From positions 54,431-118,430 of the forward strand of contig MGWC01000001.1 in assembly GCA_001800815.1 (NCBI GenBank): a DNA stretch of 64,000 nt. The letters are read 5' to 3'. The notes below the pieces were generated by a model. That model made no database searches and was not told the DNA's origin. It saw nothing but the letters and a program-made list of their open reading frames with translations. The stretch comes from Euryarchaeota archaeon RBG_19FT_COMBO_56_21 (GTDB lineage Archaea > Thermoplasmatota > Thermoplasmata > UBA10834). The position numbers were made by a program, and so were the translations under genes. Numbering within the stretch: the stretch's first letter is position 1; every line of letters starts with the position of its first letter. Positions 16,462 to 25,960 of this stretch are shown here, piece by piece.

Positions 16462-18378
16462 ATGGAGGGAGTAAAGACCGAAAGGGAACGCGTCGTGCGG
16501 TTCGCCCCAGATGGTAGAACTTCCTTGGTGGAGACCGGGACGACGATACTCGAAGCATCCAGGAAGGCTGGCGTCAGCATCGATGCCGTGTGCGGCGGGG
16601 AGGGGAAGTGCGGCAGGTGCAAGGTGAGGCCGGAGGGCATGTTCTCTGCCCCGGAATCTTCATTGGTCTCGGGCGAGGAGAAGGCCGCGGGAATCGTGCT
16701 CGCATGCGAGGCGATCGTCGAAGGCGATCTCACCGTGGAAGTCCTCCCACGCTCCTTGGTGGGCAGACACCAGATCCTGACAAAGAGCATCGAAGAGGTT
16801 CAGAGACCCCTTTCACCATGGGTTCGGAAGGATTTCCTCAGGCTCCCGAAGGCGACGGTCTGGGATAACGTGGCCGACCTAGAAAGGCTGTGGAGAGCTT
16901 TGGGACGTGGCGGACTGCCAATGATGCCGCTAGAATCTCTGAGAGACCTTCCAAATGCCATCAGAGCGGGCGACTGGCAGGTAACAGTCACTATGTCCAA
17001 CATCGGCTCGATTGACGAGATAACTAGGGTCGAGTCCGGTGACAAGTCCGCCGAACTCCTCGGTGTGGCAGTGGACATAGGCACCACAACAGTCGTCGCA
17101 GACCTCGTGGGCCTACTCGATGGAGCCATCATAGCGACGGCGTCCGACTACAATCGCCAAGTTTCCCGAGGTGAGGACGTCATCGCTCGGATGATGTTCA
17201 GTGAAGACGGTGGCTCTGAAGAGCTCACATCGCTCGCGCGTGAGACTATTAACTCGCTGATGTCAAGACTCGTTACAGAAGGCTCGAAGGTACTCGGAAG
17301 GCAGATTTCTGACCAGGACATCGTATCGCTCTCAGTCGCGGGCAACACCGTCATGACGCACTTCTTTGCTGGCCTACCAACGAAGTTTCTGAGACTGGAA
17401 CCGTATGTACCTGTTGCATATCATACGGGATATCTGAAAGCCGCAGAGCTAGGACTCAAGGCCAACTCGGCTGCACGTGTTCTTCTGTTCCCTTCGCGCG
17501 CGGGTTATGTGGGAGGCGATGTCGTCGCCGATGTCCTGTCTAGCGGGATGCACCTGTCCAACAAGCTCACACTTCTGATCGACGTTGGCACGAACGGGGA
17601 GATAGTCCTTGGGAAGAAGGACTGGATGGTCTCCTGTTCGTGCTCCGCCGGCCCCGCCTTCGAGGGAGGAGAAGTCTCATGCGGGATGCGGGCGATGGAC
17701 GGGGCCATAGACAAGATACGCGTGGACGATGACCTATCGACTGCCTACCACGTGCTCGGCGAGAGAACGCCCATCGGCATATGTGGATCCGGATTGATCG
17801 ACCTGGTAGCCGAGATGTATTGCAGGGGCATAATCGACCGGAAGGCAAGGATCCAGGATCTGCAGACAGACCGGGTCCGACTATCTGATTCTGGGCGCGA
17901 GTACGTTGTGGAGAGGAAGGAGAGAATGGGAGGGACTGCCGTCTCCGACCTGGTGATCAACGACGCAGACCTTCAGAATCTGCTCAGAACAAAGGCGGCC
18001 ATCTACGGCGCTTGCTCGACGCTCCTCAAGAAGATGGGCGAGGATCTAAACGCCGTGTCGAGCATCGTCATTGCCGGAGGCTTCGGATACCACCTTGATG
18101 TGGCCAGAGCCATCATGATCGGGATGTTCCCCGATGTTCCTCAGGAGAAGTACAGATATATTGGGAACGGCTCGCTCGGCGGGGCAAGAATGGCGCTCCT
18201 TTCGGCTAAGAAGAGGGAGGAGATGAACGAGATATTCAACAAGATGACATACCTAGAGCTGAGCGTCGACACCGATTTCTACACCGAATTCTCCTCCTCA
18301 CTTTTCATCCCGCATACCGACATAAGCAAGTTCCCGAGCGCTCCCCCCGAGAGCGCGTGCAAGGAGGCGAAGTCCTGA
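16462..18378 (+). CDS. acsV: Reductive activator of corrinoid iron-sulfur protein (RACo): N-terminal plant-type [2Fe-2S] ferredoxin domain plus ASKHA ATPase.
   Basis: ATG start. CGGEGKCGRCKV ferredoxin motif. ~640 aa, with Gly-rich ATPase motifs in the C-terminal half (DIGTTTV, GTNGEIVLG). Confidence 0.7.
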   Translation: MEGVKTERERVVRFAPDGRTSLVETGTTILEASRKAGVSIDAVCGGEGKCGRCKVRPEGMFSAPESSLVSGEEKAAGIVLACEAIVEGDLTVEVLPRSLVGRHQILTKSIEEVQRPLSPWVRKDFLRLPKATVWDNVADLERLWRALGRGGLPMMPLESLRDLPNAIRAGDWQVTVTMSNIGSIDEITRVESGDKSAELLGVAVDIGTTTVVADLVGLLDGAIIATASDYNRQVSRGEDVIARMMFSEDGGSEELTSLARETINSLMSRLVTEGSKVLGRQISDQDIVSLSVAGNTVMTHFFAGLPTKFLRLEPYVPVAYHTGYLKAAELGLKANSAARVLLFPSRAGYVGGDVVADVLSSGMHLSNKLTLLIDVGTNGEIVLGKKDWMVSCSCSAGPAFEGGEVSCGMRAMDGAIDKIRVDDDLSTAYHVLGERTPIGICGSGLIDLVAEMYCRGIIDRKARIQDLQTDRVRLSDSGREYVVERKERMGGTAVSDLVINDADLQNLLRTKAAIYGACSTLLKKMGEDLNAVSSIVIAGGFGYHLDVARAIMIGMFPDVPQEKYRYIGNGSLGGARMALLSAKKREEMNEIFNKMTYLELSVDTDFYTEFSSSLFIPHTDISKFPSAPPESACKEAKS

Positions 18379-19136
18379 CATTCACCATCGCGGTCGCTGG
18401 CAAGGGAGGGGTAGGGAAAAGCACCTTCGCTGCGCTGGCAATTCGTCAACTTCACGAAAAGAGCAAGGCCGTGATACTGGCGGTCGACGCCGACCCCAAC
18501 TCGAACCTAGGCGAGAAGCTCGGGATCGAGCCCGGCAAGACGGTAGGCGCCATCAGAGAGGAACTGGCTTCTCTGGGCGAGGAGCCGTCTAAGGGCATGT
18601 CGAAGCAGGAGTTCCTGGACTACCAGGTTCGGCTCTCCCTCAGAGAGGGCGAGGGCGTCGACCTGATCACGATGGGGAGACAGGAAGGTCCCGGCTGCTA
18701 CTGTTACGTCAACAACGTGCTGAGGCAGATAATCGATTCGATTTCGTCGAAGTACGATTATGTCGTCATAGACAACGAAGCGGGCATGGAGCACCTCAGC
18801 AGACGCACAACCCGTTCGTCCGATGTCCTCTTCGTCCTGTGCGACAGGTCCAAGTCTTCCATAGACGCGGCGAAGAGGATCGCAGCCCTCGCGACGGAGA
18901 TGAAATTGGCGATCAGGAGAAAGGTCCTCGTGTACAACATGCGGGACGCGGTTGAAGAGGTACCTCAGAGGGATGTTGTCCCGAGCTTCGATCGAGCGTA
19001 CAGTTTGAGGAGGAGCGGCGCGATTCAGGCCATGATGCAGAAAGGAGAGTCTCTGACCGACGTCCCCGCGAACGACCCTGCGGTCCTGGATGTGGCGAGA
19101 GTCGTCGACAGCGAATGCCGGTTCAAGACAGCGTAG
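18357..19136 (+). CDS. cooC: CooC/AcsF-family Ni-insertion ATPase (MinD/ParA-like).
   Basis: Deviant Walker A (AVAGKGGVGKST) and a CxC motif (GPGCYCYV). The track start is a GTG at 18357 with no SD. AAGGAGG at 18361 sits 7 nt before an in-frame CTG at 18375 that overlaps the acsV TGA, so the start is uncertain. Confidence 0.65.
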   Translation: MQGGEVLTFTIAVAGKGGVGKSTFAALAIRQLHEKSKAVILAVDADPNSNLGEKLGIEPGKTVGAIREELASLGEEPSKGMSKQEFLDYQVRLSLREGEGVDLITMGRQEGPGCYCYVNNVLRQIIDSISSKYDYVVIDNEAGMEHLSRRTTRSSDVLFVLCDRSKSSIDAAKRIAALATEMKLAIRRKVLVYNMRDAVEEVPQRDVVPSFDRAYSLRRSGAIQAMMQKGESLTDVPANDPAVLDVARVVDSECRFKTA

Positions 19137-19140
19137 ATCG

Positions 19141-20469
19141 TCAAGGGCCGATCGACTTCAGCATCTTGGGCAAGCCCGAGGACTCTCTGGGTCCCACGAC
19201 GATCTTCAGACCGGTCAGCTCATTCAGCTTCCCGCTCATCCTGCTGACCATGCCCGGGATGACGATGGCGTTCCGCTTGCTCTTCTCCTTGACCTTCTCG
19301 GTCTCGACCGACTTGGCGACCGACTCGGGCGTGAGCTTGCCTGCGGCAAAAGCGGTCATGACCGATTGGCCGTCAGTGTCGACGACGAGAAGCCACACGG
19401 GCACCTTGCTTTTCTCGACATCGGCTCGGACGGTGAAGTATGTCAGGGAGAAGTTGGTCGTGAAGAGGACCGGCGACTCCTCGGTCGGCTCACCGATTGT
19501 GTAGAGGCCCGCCTTAACCTGGATAGGCACCTGCGGGTCTGTGAATATGTTCTGACGCAAGGCCATCAGCGGGAAGAGGAACTCCCTCGGGACGTCCCTC
19601 AAGAGCACGATCGACGAGTACTTCATGACGCCCAGGGCGGCCTTCATGAGGTCCGACTCCGAGTTGCCCAGCACCGATATGGTCGGGAAACCCAGAGGCC
19701 TGAACTTCTTCTTCACAGCGGCCCTCCGAACGATCGTCAAGTTCTCTAGCATCGAGCTCGCATTCGAAGCCGCGGGTTCAAGAACCAGGTCTGAGACTCC
19801 GGCCTTCTTCGCCTTGTCAGCCATCTGAGCCAGCTCGTCCAGGTTCGAAGCGCCTCCGAGCACGAGCGGGAAGCAACATGCCTTTGCGAGGGCGATCATC
19901 GAGTCGATGCTCTGCGGGGTGGCGCGATACAGCAACGGTCTCTTGTCAGCGCAGACAGCCACTGCATCCCCCATTACCTTCGGGTCCTCAGCCATCAGGA
20001 CCATCGGGAGCTTCCCGCCAGCAGCCGTCTTCACCGCTTCGAGGAAGTCCTCCGGTCTCCCCGTAGAATGCCTCAGGGCAACCGAGTCCACGCGGACCAT
20101 CTGACCGACCCTCTCGAAGCTCATCGACTGCGCCGCGGCAATACTGGCCTTCATCGCATCGAGGCCGTCAGCGTCGTCCGCAACGAACCCCAGCATCGTC
20201 GGATGGTAGAATGTCTTGTCATGTCTGAACAGCTGAGTCTCGTCACCTATCTTGACCGCAAGCTCGCCAGTCCCGATCGTCACGAGCCTGATCGGAGGGG
20301 CGCCGCTTTCCTCCAGGGCCGCCTTCGCCTCAGGGCTGACATACGGACAGGCCTCGAGCGCCACCTTCTGATTGGCGAGCTGCATGGCGAACGCGAGGCA
20401 CGTCGGGAACTTGCACTCTCCGCAGTTCTTCTTCGGCAACAGCTTGTATATGTCCATGGCGGTTGGCAT
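19141..20469 (-). CDS. acsC: Corrinoid iron-sulfur protein large subunit.
   Basis: ATG start. N-terminal LPKKNCGECKFPTCLAFAMQLA [4Fe-4S] motif typical of AcsC/CdhE, followed by a TIM-barrel. Confidence 0.8.
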   Translation of the reverse strand: MPTAMDIYKLLPKKNCGECKFPTCLAFAMQLANQKVALEACPYVSPEAKAALEESGAPPIRLVTIGTGELAVKIGDETQLFRHDKTFYHPTMLGFVADDADGLDAMKASIAAAQSMSFERVGQMVRVDSVALRHSTGRPEDFLEAVKTAAGGKLPMVLMAEDPKVMGDAVAVCADKRPLLYRATPQSIDSMIALAKACCFPLVLGGASNLDELAQMADKAKKAGVSDLVLEPAASNASSMLENLTIVRRAAVKKKFRPLGFPTISVLGNSESDLMKAALGVMKYSSIVLLRDVPREFLFPLMALRQNIFTDPQVPIQVKAGLYTIGEPTEESPVLFTTNFSLTYFTVRADVEKSKVPVWLLVVDTDGQSVMTAFAAGKLTPESVAKSVETEKVKEKSKRNAIVIPGMVSRMSGKLNELTGLKIVVGPRESSGLPKMLKSIGP

Positions 20470-21423
20470 CTACGCACCACCTCGAAGATCGGCAATGGAG
20501 GCCTTCAACTTGGAAACCGCCTGAGGATGCCTCATGATGACCGCGTCTGCTCCCGCCACGACCGCCGCGTAGGCGGTGATTGCCTCCCAGAACACTCCCC
20601 TGATCTCAGGCTTGCCACGTGCCGAGTCCTCCTCCAGCGCCTCTGGCGCGGCCCATGCACACGAGCAGTCGCAGATGATCGGCATCTGAAGGACGGAGTC
20701 GCCCATCAGCGCCGCGAGCCTGAGCCTCTCAATGACGGAGTACGAATATTCGAGTCCCATCCCCAGCGCGGCCATCAGAGGGTCCATCAATATGTTCTCC
20801 GGTTTCACGCCGAAGTCCAGCAGAAGGATGTTCATCTGCTTTGCCAGGTTGATGTCCAGATTGGAGAACGCCACGATGCCGTGGCCGTTCGACATGGACG
20901 CGGCCGCCACCGACTTGAAAGCCTTCTCTTCGGCCATGCCCAGGAAGAGCCTCTCGCCCTTGCCGGCATTCGAGACCGCCTCCATGAGCTTGGAGTCCTT
21001 CTCCTCGAACCCGCATCCGTACACAATGAGGGGAATCGTAGTGGATTTGATCACCTCAGTGACCAAGGAGACGCACTCCTCGACGGACCTGTTCTCTTCC
21101 TCGGGATTGGCGGACTGGAGCTTGAGAACGCAGATGTCCGCTCCCCACTCACGGTCGACTTTCTTCGCCCACTCCACGGGCTCCTTCACCACGGGTCCGA
21201 TGGAACTGAGAAGATGCTCGGGGACGACGCGCACTGTGTCAATCACATCCATTGCCACAAGCGGCCGGTTAGGCATCTCGGCGTCGAATCGGTGGAACTG
21301 CAGTCCGCTTGATCCGCCAGCTACGGCCCTGGCCCTCCGCGTCCCTCCCTGATCCCTGGTGGCCCCTACGACGACCTCTCTGATCCTGCCTGGATACCTC
21401 TCTTTGGGCGACTCAAACGCCAT
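20470..21423 (-). CDS. acsD: Corrinoid iron-sulfur protein small subunit.
   Basis: MAFESPKERYPGRIREVVVGATRDQGGTR resembles the AcsD/CdhD N-terminus. ATG at 21423 with GGGGGA SD. The track ORF starts at a TTG at 21438. Confidence 0.75.
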   Translation of the reverse strand: MAFESPKERYPGRIREVVVGATRDQGGTRRARAVAGGSSGLQFHRFDAEMPNRPLVAMDVIDTVRVVPEHLLSSIGPVVKEPVEWAKKVDREWGADICVLKLQSANPEEENRSVEECVSLVTEVIKSTTIPLIVYGCGFEEKDSKLMEAVSNAGKGERLFLGMAEEKAFKSVAAASMSNGHGIVAFSNLDINLAKQMNILLLDFGVKPENILMDPLMAALGMGLEYSYSVIERLRLAALMGDSVLQMPIICDCSCAWAAPEALEEDSARGKPEIRGVFWEAITAYAAVVAGADAVIMRHPQAVSKLKASIADLRGGA

Positions 21424-21451
21424 TTTAGTTTCCCCCAACCAACCTTGTCGC

Positions 21452-24400
21452 TCAGCTCATCATTGACGGCATCTTCACTGCTGGATGGCTGACCTTGACG
21501 AGCCACTCAGCGAGCTCCTCAGGCGTCCTCGCGACGGTCTCATCCGCGATCTTGTCGACGAAGTCCTGGACCCCTTCCTCCTGTGCCCGCTTCGTTAGAT
21601 CGTCCCTCATGGCGGCTTTCAGATCCTTAGGCATCCACACGATCCTGAGGAACCCTCCGTCCGCGCTGATGAACTTCTTGCTTGTGAGATACCTCCTGCC
21701 GACTCCAATGAATCCCGGCGTCTGGATGCCCCCGCCGACCGACCCGGCGAGAGTGGAGAAAGTCATTCCCAGTGGGGTCATGCCTGGGAACTCGCGGTTG
21801 ACGACGACCACACCCTGTAGATCGGGCGAGACCCCTACGATGCATTCGAAACAGCCGCATGAGGTCATCGGGTCGTCCATCATGGTGTACGCACTGAAGC
21901 TCAGAAGCTTTCCGTGGGTCTTCTCGGCCACGGCCTCGTTCACACCAGTCCACTTGCCCTTGGTCACGTCGATGACCTCCTTCTTCGATACAGGGCTGTT
22001 CGGACCCGTGGCAGATATCTGGTACGAGGCCTTGGCATCAAGCCAGTTGATGGCTCCGCACAAGCCCAGGCGCTCAGGAGTCACGATACACACGTGTCCC
22101 GGTGCGAAGCTCTGACAGAGCGTGCATGTGTAGAACGTGTCGACGTTCTCGTCCGTGAGGTTGGCGATCCTGGCATCTCTCTCGGCGTATGCTTCTTTGG
22201 CTTCGTCGATGTGTTTCCTGAGCTCGGCCTCGTCAGTGACTATCGTCACTTCGATCTTGGAGACGATCGCGCCGAACTCCTGCTTCATCTTGGTCACCAA
22301 GATGTCACCGAAGTGCTTGAGCCTCAGGCCCGCCTTGACGGAACTCTTGCTGAGGCGGATCCACAGGAGGTTCCTCTGGCCGGTGTGCCAGCCGCCCTCA
22401 GCGAAATTGATGAACTGGTGAATCCTCCTCTCGAGCACGGACTCGAAGTCCTTCTGCATGCTCTTTCCGTAGACGTTCACGAAGATTCCGAGGTGCGTCA
22501 CTCCTCCTTCGGGCATCCCGTCGACGTCCTTCCCAATCAGCATGACCTTGCCGTCTGTGACCGCCTCTGGTCCGCGCATCTTCAGCAGCTCGAACGCGAG
22601 CGACTTGGACGGCCCTCCGGCTTCGATGTACATGTCAGGTCTCCGAATCGATTCACCCTCGAATGCAGGGCCGTATGGCACGGGCAGGTCGATGGCACCC
22701 AGCTTGATCCTGCAGCCTCTGACCTCGATGGCGGTCGATATCATCTCAGCGAGGTTCTTCTGCACGACATACTTGTCGGGGATCGGCTCCACGTCCTGGT
22801 CGGTTATCGTGGGCGAACCGTTGAACATGACAGCGAACTCCGCAGCGACCTTGATGTAGTCCAACGGGCCGAGCTGCAGAACGAACACCTTGGGACGCTT
22901 TGAGAGGTACTTGAGGAGGCCTTCGCGGTCTCCCCGCTGGACGCCCCCGAAGGACAACGCGGCCCGGATGGCGAAATTGAGGCCATGGATGATCTGGGTG
23001 AACTCACCGACGGGATACAGCATGCGTTCCAGGCCCATGGCGATCTTCTCGTCCTTCAGCTGCTTGATGATGTCGTAGGTCGCGACTATGAGCATCCCCT
23101 TGTTCTGGCAGTCCCGGATCATCGCGCCGAGCTTCTTGGGGTCGCTCGCGCGGCCGACAAACACAGCAGCGCCAGGGATCGTGTCATCAACGAACGCGAT
23201 GCCCAACTGCCTCAGTATCCTGTCAGGAACGAATCCGCAGTAGAGCGATCCCTGGTACGGGGTCGGTGTCTCGATGTACTTGAGGGCCTCGACTATCTCG
23301 GCCGCTATCATCGTTGCCTCTCCCGATGCGATCGCCGTCTCCAGCGTCGGCCGCTCAACGATCCTGCTCCTGGCCTCGCCGAGCAGCCTCGGCAGGTCTC
23401 CGAGCTTCGTGCAGTCCTTTCCGAGCCATGCGAAAAGACTCGGGAGCTGGTATCCGGTTTCTGGGAACTCGATCTTCTGATTGGGGCCGTATTTCTGCAA
23501 CGCCCGGCTGAGCAAGACGTCTGCATATCCCGTCGCGATGATCGACCCCTCAATGGCCATCTTGAAGAGCTTCTCCTTCGGGATGTGCTCTTGCTTGCCG
23601 GGATAGTAGGAAGCGCGTTCCACCATGGGGTCCGTCATGTCGAGCTTCCAGCGCCTGTACTCGATGGCGGAGTATAGCCGCTTGGCAGCCTCGTGCGGGT
23701 CTTTCTCGAAAATGAAGTACCCGCCGTACACGTCCCTTGCAGTGTTCTCCAGGACCTCCGTGACCAGCGTGCTACCGTAAAGGTAGTTGATGGTACCCAC
23801 ATGAACAGGAAAGCCCATGACCGCCGCCCATGTGCCGATCGAGACCGCTTTCTCGTGCATTGCCTCCGGTGCGATCACCACGAATGGGATCTTCTCGACA
23901 TCCACGCCCCCGTGGTTGGCCACCTCGGTTGCTAGGTTCGAGAAGCGGACATTGTCGACGCATGAGCCCATGTGCCATACGATTGGCAGACCCTCGAGTC
24001 CTGAGGCCTCGGCTAGCTCCCCCAGGAACGACAGAAGACCCTCCCCCGCAAGCTCCTTCGTCTTCGCGGGGTCCATGAACCCAGCCTTGGCGAACTCGAC
24101 TGCATTGCAGCCAGTCGCCATCAGGAGGACGTCCCTCTTTGCGAGTTCGCGCGCTATGGTAAGCACGTCCTCGTCCTGCTCCGCCTTGATGTTCTTGCAG
24201 CCCGCAAAGAGCGCGACCCCGCGGATCCTTCCAGTAGTGATGTTGTCCACCAGGTACTGGATCGGATCGGTGGGGTTCTTCTTCGAAAGTAGCAGCTTGA
24301 TCTGCTCAAGGCTAAACCCAGCCATGACGATCGAGGGTTTGACTTCCGGCATCCGGCGAATCTTGCCCCGTCTCCTATAAGCCTCCGCGGCCAACAGCAG

Positions 24401-25591
24401 GACCTCCCTCGCCGAGGCCTTGGCCCTTTCAGGCGTGAACTCTATGTGAGTATCTCCCACCAGCCGCGCGACCCCCTCGGTGGAGATGATCTTTGTGTGG
24501 GTGCAGGAGCAAAGTGCGGACACAGATGGCATGAAGCATTGGTAATCCAGAACCATCGCATCGAGGAGACCGCTCAGGAGCACGAGCTCCTGCGATAGGA
24601 CGTTGGTGGCAATTGGAATCCCCTTCCGCATTAGTATCTCGTTGCCCGTGCAACATATGCCCACGATGTTGAATCCCTCGGCGCCTACCTTCTGAGCCTC
24701 TGCCTTTAACTCGCGGGCGATATCAACCATGATGTCGCTGAGCAGCGGGTTGTGGCCGTGGACAGCCACATTCACCTGTTTCTCGTCGAGCACTCCCAGA
24801 TTGGCCTTGCTCATCACGATCTTGGGAGTGCCAAAGAGCACATCGCTCAGGTCGGACGAGATCTGGGCGCCTGTGTAGTCAGAGAGCGCTGACTTGATGC
24901 CGCCGAACAGGATCGGAACAGGGTCGGCGTCCACTCCCATCGCGGTCCTGTGCATCACCTCAGAGATCGAAGAATCGATGTTCGAGGGCATCACCGCATG
25001 GGTGTCCCACCTGTGGTTTCTGCCCCTCGTGACAGTCGCCTTCAAAAACGAGAGCGGATCGGATGTGTAACGGGAGTAATCCTCCAGCGCGGCGCGCGAG
25101 ACCTCCTCGGCGAGCGCTGTTACGCTTTTGCCATCGCATGCGATTCCCTGCCTCTTGGCGATGGCCTTCAGCTTGACCTCGTCGACGACGCTGTAGTCCT
25201 TCGTCTCACCCTTCGAGACCATGAGCAGCACGTGCGCAATCTCCTTCCCGTGCCCGGAGTGAGAAGCGGTCCCGCCGGCGATCATGCGGTCGATGAACCG
25301 CGCGACAATTGTGTAGTCCCGTGCCCCGCAGATACCTGCAGTGGGCTCCTTGCCCATCGGGTTTATTCTGCAGGGGCCCTGCAGGCAGAACCGACAGCAG
25401 AGGCCGAGCTGGCCGAACCGGCATTGGGCACCTTGAGCGGCCACTCTGTCCATGACGGTGCACACGCCCTCCTCGTGGAGGTCCATGAACATCTTCTGGC
25501 AGCTGCCATCCCAGCAATCGCAGGCGAACTCCTTTTCCTTCTCTCCCTGGCCCGCCCGCTTGGTGACCTTGACCTCGACGTTAGATTCCAA
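21452..25591 (-). CDS. Fused carbon monoxide dehydrogenase (CooS/AcsA-type) and acetyl-CoA synthase (AcsB-type) in a single 1379-aa ORF.
   Basis: The N-terminal half carries CooS signatures (CCRFCLQGPCRI, HGHNPLL, GICCTG, DYQCFMPS, GSCVDN). The C-terminal half carries AcsB signatures (YPVGEFTQIIHGLNFAIRAA; A-cluster CTLCQSF...C...C and CGCFEC). It is continuous in one frame. The TTG start at 25591 is preceded by AAAGGAG at 9-nt spacing. An alternative ATG is at 25492. Confidence 0.75.
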   Translation of the reverse strand: MESNVEVKVTKRAGQGEKEKEFACDCWDGSCQKMFMDLHEEGVCTVMDRVAAQGAQCRFGQLGLCCRFCLQGPCRINPMGKEPTAGICGARDYTIVARFIDRMIAGGTASHSGHGKEIAHVLLMVSKGETKDYSVVDEVKLKAIAKRQGIACDGKSVTALAEEVSRAALEDYSRYTSDPLSFLKATVTRGRNHRWDTHAVMPSNIDSSISEVMHRTAMGVDADPVPILFGGIKSALSDYTGAQISSDLSDVLFGTPKIVMSKANLGVLDEKQVNVAVHGHNPLLSDIMVDIARELKAEAQKVGAEGFNIVGICCTGNEILMRKGIPIATNVLSQELVLLSGLLDAMVLDYQCFMPSVSALCSCTHTKIISTEGVARLVGDTHIEFTPERAKASAREVLLLAAEAYRRRGKIRRMPEVKPSIVMAGFSLEQIKLLLSKKNPTDPIQYLVDNITTGRIRGVALFAGCKNIKAEQDEDVLTIARELAKRDVLLMATGCNAVEFAKAGFMDPAKTKELAGEGLLSFLGELAEASGLEGLPIVWHMGSCVDNVRFSNLATEVANHGGVDVEKIPFVVIAPEAMHEKAVSIGTWAAVMGFPVHVGTINYLYGSTLVTEVLENTARDVYGGYFIFEKDPHEAAKRLYSAIEYRRWKLDMTDPMVERASYYPGKQEHIPKEKLFKMAIEGSIIATGYADVLLSRALQKYGPNQKIEFPETGYQLPSLFAWLGKDCTKLGDLPRLLGEARSRIVERPTLETAIASGEATMIAAEIVEALKYIETPTPYQGSLYCGFVPDRILRQLGIAFVDDTIPGAAVFVGRASDPKKLGAMIRDCQNKGMLIVATYDIIKQLKDEKIAMGLERMLYPVGEFTQIIHGLNFAIRAALSFGGVQRGDREGLLKYLSKRPKVFVLQLGPLDYIKVAAEFAVMFNGSPTITDQDVEPIPDKYVVQKNLAEMISTAIEVRGCRIKLGAIDLPVPYGPAFEGESIRRPDMYIEAGGPSKSLAFELLKMRGPEAVTDGKVMLIGKDVDGMPEGGVTHLGIFVNVYGKSMQKDFESVLERRIHQFINFAEGGWHTGQRNLLWIRLSKSSVKAGLRLKHFGDILVTKMKQEFGAIVSKIEVTIVTDEAELRKHIDEAKEAYAERDARIANLTDENVDTFYTCTLCQSFAPGHVCIVTPERLGLCGAINWLDAKASYQISATGPNSPVSKKEVIDVTKGKWTGVNEAVAEKTHGKLLSFSAYTMMDDPMTSCGCFECIVGVSPDLQGVVVVNREFPGMTPLGMTFSTLAGSVGGGIQTPGFIGVGRRYLTSKKFISADGGFLRIVWMPKDLKAAMRDDLTKRAQEEGVQDFVDKIADETVARTPEELAEWLVKVSHPAVKMPSMMS

Positions 25592-25960
25592 CTATGCGCA
25601 CTCCTTTGTTGATACCATTCCAGGCGAGTGGGTGGAAAGACCTGTCACGACAGTCCCACGCGCAACGGTAGCGAGAAGAGCCGTGGCACCTTCTGAGACT
25701 TGAGAGGGACTTGCGCCCCTGGTACTCTCTGGGGACGACCAATCGCACGAGCGGTGACAATCATTCGTGACGAAGGATTCCCGCCGTGAACGCTCCATCC
25801 CGTGCATCTGAATGCCTGGCCATGACCGATTTCGGCAGATCATATCGGCATCTGACGGATATGGTTGAAGCTACTAAAACGTTTTTACTGACGAGCGCAC
25901 GGCAGATGACGAATGAAGAGGACACCTACCTGGTACGTCATTCTCCCCCGGTGCGCCCAG

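Noticed and set aside
20068-21312. Long antisense ORFs opposite real genes: 20068..21312 (+), 19090..19749 (+), 22985..23677 (+), 24950..25612 (+), 27954..28712 (-), 51207..52301 (-), 39337..40092 (-), 36335..37057 (-).
   Set aside because: All lie antisense to genes with strong motif-level identification. They are Arg/Pro/Gly/His-rich with no motifs. This is the usual high-GC shadow-ORF artefact.
25592-25843. An 83-codon ORF in frame with and directly upstream of the CODH/ACS fusion, separated by one TAG; considered as a read-through or N-terminal extension.
   Set aside because: Composition is low-complexity (Ser/Pro/Arg/Gly). The TTG at 25591 has its own well-spaced AAAGGAG SD. No CooS homology extends into it. 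Kept only as a note in the leader finding.
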